A DNA stretch of 64,000 nt from NCBI GenBank assembly GCA_977016875.1, contig CDRNST010000080.1:310001-374000 (forward strand), given 5' to 3'. This document shows positions 60,201-64,000 of the stretch, in pieces. The DNA is from Pavona decussata. Lineage: Eukaryota. The stretch's first letter is position 1. Each line of letters starts with the position of its first letter. Position numbers and translations under genes: made by a program. The notes below the pieces were generated by a model. That model was not told where the DNA came from. It saw nothing but the letters and a program-made list of their open reading frames with translations, and ran no database searches.

Positions 60201-63200
60201 TTCTCTTCCTTTATCTCGTGTTCAGTTGGAGCAGCACTCGAAAATACAATTGTGGAATTTGCTAGCTGAAAACGACCTGTGAAGAAATCGAAGCTGAACC
60301 TGCAGTCGAATACGACGCCACCGGTTGTTTTTGCTGGATTCCATCAAAGCGCTTTCTTTGCTAACTTGACATTGAATGGAGCCAGCAACGAAGTCGTTCA
60401 CAATCACTGAGGATTAAACTTGTTGCTCGAGAGTAGGACAAGCTGCTTCTCTTCGTAGAGAATTTCGACATCTCGGGGTATCATGGCTGGTTTTTGTTTC
60501 GTGGACGAGATTTTATGCTCGCGAGCGATCTCGACCAGGTGAGCATTGATAACATCATTTACCTGTTTGAACTCTGTCAGTAATGGTACTGAAATTTATG
60601 TTTTCGTTATTTAAATTCCTTATATCCAGGCCAGCACGAATTGCTCTCATTGAATTACAACTGTAATACCTGCCGTCGTGTGAGCGAGCTTCGAGCTTAT
60701 TAATAAAACTCGTTTAATAGCTTGTTGATGGCTTTCTCATTCCGCCAGACTGGAAGAAAACCATAAATACTCTTAAATGAGATAGGGTAAAACTTTTCGC
60801 CTTTCATATTTTTCGGTTTTACCACATTTTTAATTCAAGGACTGTTAAACAGAGTTCAAACCAAGAGAAAATGTCGCAAATACGAGCTTGAGTATTTCAA
60901 CATTTCGTTTACGAACAGCTTACCGTCAAAAACGTTTAGAGCGTATGTTGTTTTCTGGTACTGGTTTATCGACCATCAGGTTTAACTCTTCTTCTGTCAC
61001 GAAAGCAAACCGTCCACCCATCTTGACATTCATTTGAATTGCAAACTTGACGCTCCTTGAAGTTTTTGAAATTGGGGAATATCACTTGGGGAATATTCTC
61101 GGATATTCCCCAGTTTTAGCTGGGGTATATTCGGTCACGTGAGGCGTTTAGACCAATCGCGCGCGAGCGAAAATATTTGATGGATTATAACGCAGGATAT
61201 CTGTTATGTGCGGACGAAGTATATTGTATTAACCATGACCATATTTGGGCAGTGTTACAATGTGTTGAATGATAAAATATGTTATTCAAAGGCTCCTGTG
61301 AGCCAACTCACGAATGCAGAAGTAATTAGCAGCGAGGTATAAAACAAAAAAGAAAAGAAAAGAAAAAAAAAATTCTCCGTTACTTCGGAACCCTTTGCGT
61401 CTAAGTCAGCGAGCTACGCCACTAAACAATATTGTCCACAACTTCTGAACGAGAGATTAATTTCTGTATTTATAAGTTGTTGAGGGTTTTTAATTATCTT
61501 GCACCTGTGGCGCTAGGATTTTAACGGTCAAATTACTTCGGACCGCCAAAAACGAACACGCGAATGAACAGAGAACACCGTCAGACGTTTCTCCATCATA
61601 TTTTCTGCTTCCATTTTGCGGGAAATCCCTGTTGACTTGGACGACAATTTCGGCCTTGAGCGGCTTTAAACGGGGCGCTTTTAGTCACTAAAATGACAAG
61701 TTGTCCCTAAGTTTCACAGTAGTTTCAGTCAATGGAAGGATTTAGCAGACAACACACCTACTAGTGTTTACTTTTAAGAATAAGTTAGTCGTCGAGTGAT
61801 TTTACGCTCTTATTTTTTGTCCCGTAATGGCGGTTGATGGTGAATACAAGCGCTATACGTAGACTCATGAATAACTTATAATTTTGATTAAATTCCGATT
61901 AAATTAATATAACGTTTGCATTGGATCGAGCGAGCGAGCGAGCGAGCGAGCGAGCGAGCGAGTGAAATTCAGCCCAAATTACGATAACTTGGGCATGCTT
62001 AAAAAATCTGGATTTGAACTCTCTCAGTTTCGTTGACGATCTAATGTCCCCAGTCATCGGAATTGACCACTGAAAATGTCACGATGGACTTACAGTTGCA
62101 GTGATACAAAATATGAAAAAAAGCTGAAAATGGTCTGGTGAACCACAATTTAGGTGAACAAGACAGCACAGAGGAAAATCTGAATATTACCCACTATCCT
62201 ATCCTAGCCAGAAGGACCAATTAAAGAATTTTGTTCGAAGGTAACATCCTTCAGCTTAAAGTGGCTGACACCTGTTCCATTACTGTCAGGAACTTACACC
62301 TTAACAGATTAATAAGATCACCCTTTCGCAGCTGATGTAATAGTAATGATATCAAAGAAATTGCTTATTATAGGTGAACAGGTTATGTTTGTTTTCTTGA
62401 TATAATAGGTTGCCATAGCAAAAGTATAACGTTTTCATACACACGCCTGGTTTTAGCTTTAAGTGGCTATAACTAAAAATCGATGCCACTCCAATCAGTC
62501 AACTTTCTGCAAAGTAAAAAAGTCGCAGTCTTGAAACAAAAATCGGAACACCTAGCTCGTATATCACGAGTAATATTCACTTAAAGTAAAAATTAGAGGT
62601 GTTTTCTAACATGCTACACTGTTGCTATGGTAACCAACCTTGTCAAGAAAGTGATTTCAACTTGTTCACCAATGATTAGGAATTTTTTGGGGTTAAATAA
62701 TGGAAAAAAAAGTGCAAGGCTGATTTCAAGGTTAGGGAATATATATATTTTTGCAACATTTCGTAAGGCACGGCCTCTCGTCTTCAGTAAGAGCAAGACC
62801 CTGTGGTAAAAGAGTTACATTACTTTTCAAATACCATAATTTAATTAGATTTAAAATAAAGTGGTGTCTTCTTTGGGGGTTCAAAATGTTAGAGAGGTCT
62901 TCAATACGCATGGGTAATCGCGCGCATTCCTGTTCTAAGATGACACTAAATACGTTATTTCTAAAACAGTCGCCTTGTAAACACTAGGACTCGAACAGTT
63001 GATTATTCTTAAATACTCACTTCACTCTCAAAGATGACGGACTCCGTCCTTTGACACAATGTGCGGCTGTTACAACCCACAAGGGATCCACCAGTGACCC
63101 TCCACAGAACTGCCTGCCAGAAGTGGTGACCAACATTGCTTGCCATGGCCATCCGTTAATCTTTGCATTATCGCCACCCACGATACGAGAGTGAGATGGT

Positions 63201-63905
63201 CTAGATCCGCAATCTTAAAAATGAAGAATCTTATCGTTACATCCTCGTTTATTTCCTTTGAACACGGAAGATAGTGATCAGTACTTTGAGATGTTTTCAA
63301 AATTGTTTACAGAGCTCTTTTTGGACACTCTCATGGCAAAAGGACCTATTGTTAGCAACACCGAAGCATGTTTTAGCCACCCGGATCTCTTTGCAAAGAA
63401 GTTTGTTTGGTCTGGCCTTGGATAAGCAGGAACGGCAACTAAACTGGAAAAGTTGTTTAGTTCGTCCGAAAAGTGAGAAATACTCTATAAGAACTGTCTA
63501 AACGACGCTTAAAAGAATATATAAGAAAGAAAGAAAGTATATGCCTTCGGACATATTAGGAAGGAGCAAAAGAAACGATTTAAATCTTCTTATATTCAAA
63601 ATGTTGCATGACAAGTTCAGGTAAACGCTTTAAACTGGATTGGATGTAAACAAATGAATCACGGCTACAAAAAGCTCGTATAGAGGGTGTTGAGAGGAAG
63701 CTGGCTTCCTTTCATTCTTAAGCTCACAGCTGTGTACTATCAATACTGAAACATCAACTAAACCTCCAGGTGGCGGAGCTGGTGTTTGTGGTGGGGGTGG
63801 AGTTGGTGGTAAGCCTGAGCAACGTCCTGGCCTCAGTGAAAAGTCATCAATGGCGATGTCCCCTTGCCAGCTTGATCCTCTCACCCCCTCAAACAACACT
63901 TGGAC
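50254..63905 (-). CDS. Gene C (5'-incomplete in this window): ...MAM - trypsin - MAM - ShKT - elastase/chymotrypsin-like S1; tandem paralog (or haplotype copy) of gene B
   Basis: Exons 63905-63764, 63213-63021, 58984-58356, 57974-57843, 56971-56736, 55855-55714, 54816-54691, 53704-53610, 52722-52625, 52039-51798, 50803-50696, 50492-50254. Sizes are identical to the gene B exons, splice sites and triads are intact. Confidence 0.82.
54691..54816 (-). CDS. Gene C ShKT domain exon
   Basis: [42 protein letters not shown]. Confidence 0.85.
55054..55177 (-). pseudogene. Truncated relic trypsin exon, counterpart of 28403-28526
   Basis: [14 protein letters not shown]...RQFCKGSL with the same breakpoint; acceptor changed to GAG. 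Confidence 0.8.
57123..57205. repeat. (AAT)n microsatellite
   Basis: Seen directly in the sequence. Confidence 0.95.
59647..61189 (-). mobile_element. 1.54-kb internally deleted Crypton-like element, absent from gene B
   Basis: TATA at both junctions; empty site ATTACG-TATA-TCGCAGG at 40971-40987. No TIRs. Intron-split remnants [32 protein letters not shown] (ATG at 61021) and [40 protein letters not shown]. Subterminal hairpin 59674-59809. Confidence 0.7.
61927..61962. repeat. (CGAG)n microsatellite
   Basis: Seen directly; a shorter run lies at the paralogous site near 41925. Confidence 0.85.
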
Positions 63906-64000
63906 CTTAAAACAAAGAGAGTAGTGATATCAGGGTCGGGCAATAAAGCAAACTTTTTCATGACTGATCATGGAACACGATAATTAATATCTAAAACAAA

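Overview
AT-rich, intron-containing animal genomic DNA with five N-gaps. It is most likely an anthozoan cnidarian such as a stony coral; this is an inference from the ShKT/MAM/astacin content and the repeat types. Splice sites and reading phases traced by hand reveal a cluster of secreted multi-protease genes that the ORF track shows only in fragments. Gene A (+, 2113-19932, 21 coding exons, about 1004 aa): signal peptide, astacin Zn-metalloprotease, Pro/Thr micro-exon linker, trypsin-like S1 protease (Asp189), UMOD/GP2-type D8C/D10C domain, and a second non-tryptic S1 protease. That puts three intact catalytic domains from two protease classes in one chain. Gene B (-, 44372-21759, 17 exons, about 1210 aa) converges on gene A: signal peptide, [trypsin-MAM]x2, ShKT, and an elastase/chymotrypsin-like S1 protease. 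Gene C (-, from beyond 64000 to 50254) is a tandem, mosaic near-copy of B. All three share the same trypsin plus non-tryptic protease exon chassis, but A carries different phase-1 accessory modules from B/C. Introns and the intergenic region hold MITEs, a Ginger-like element, Crypton-like remnants, SINEs, LINE fragments and microsatellites. All gene models are predictions without transcript evidence.
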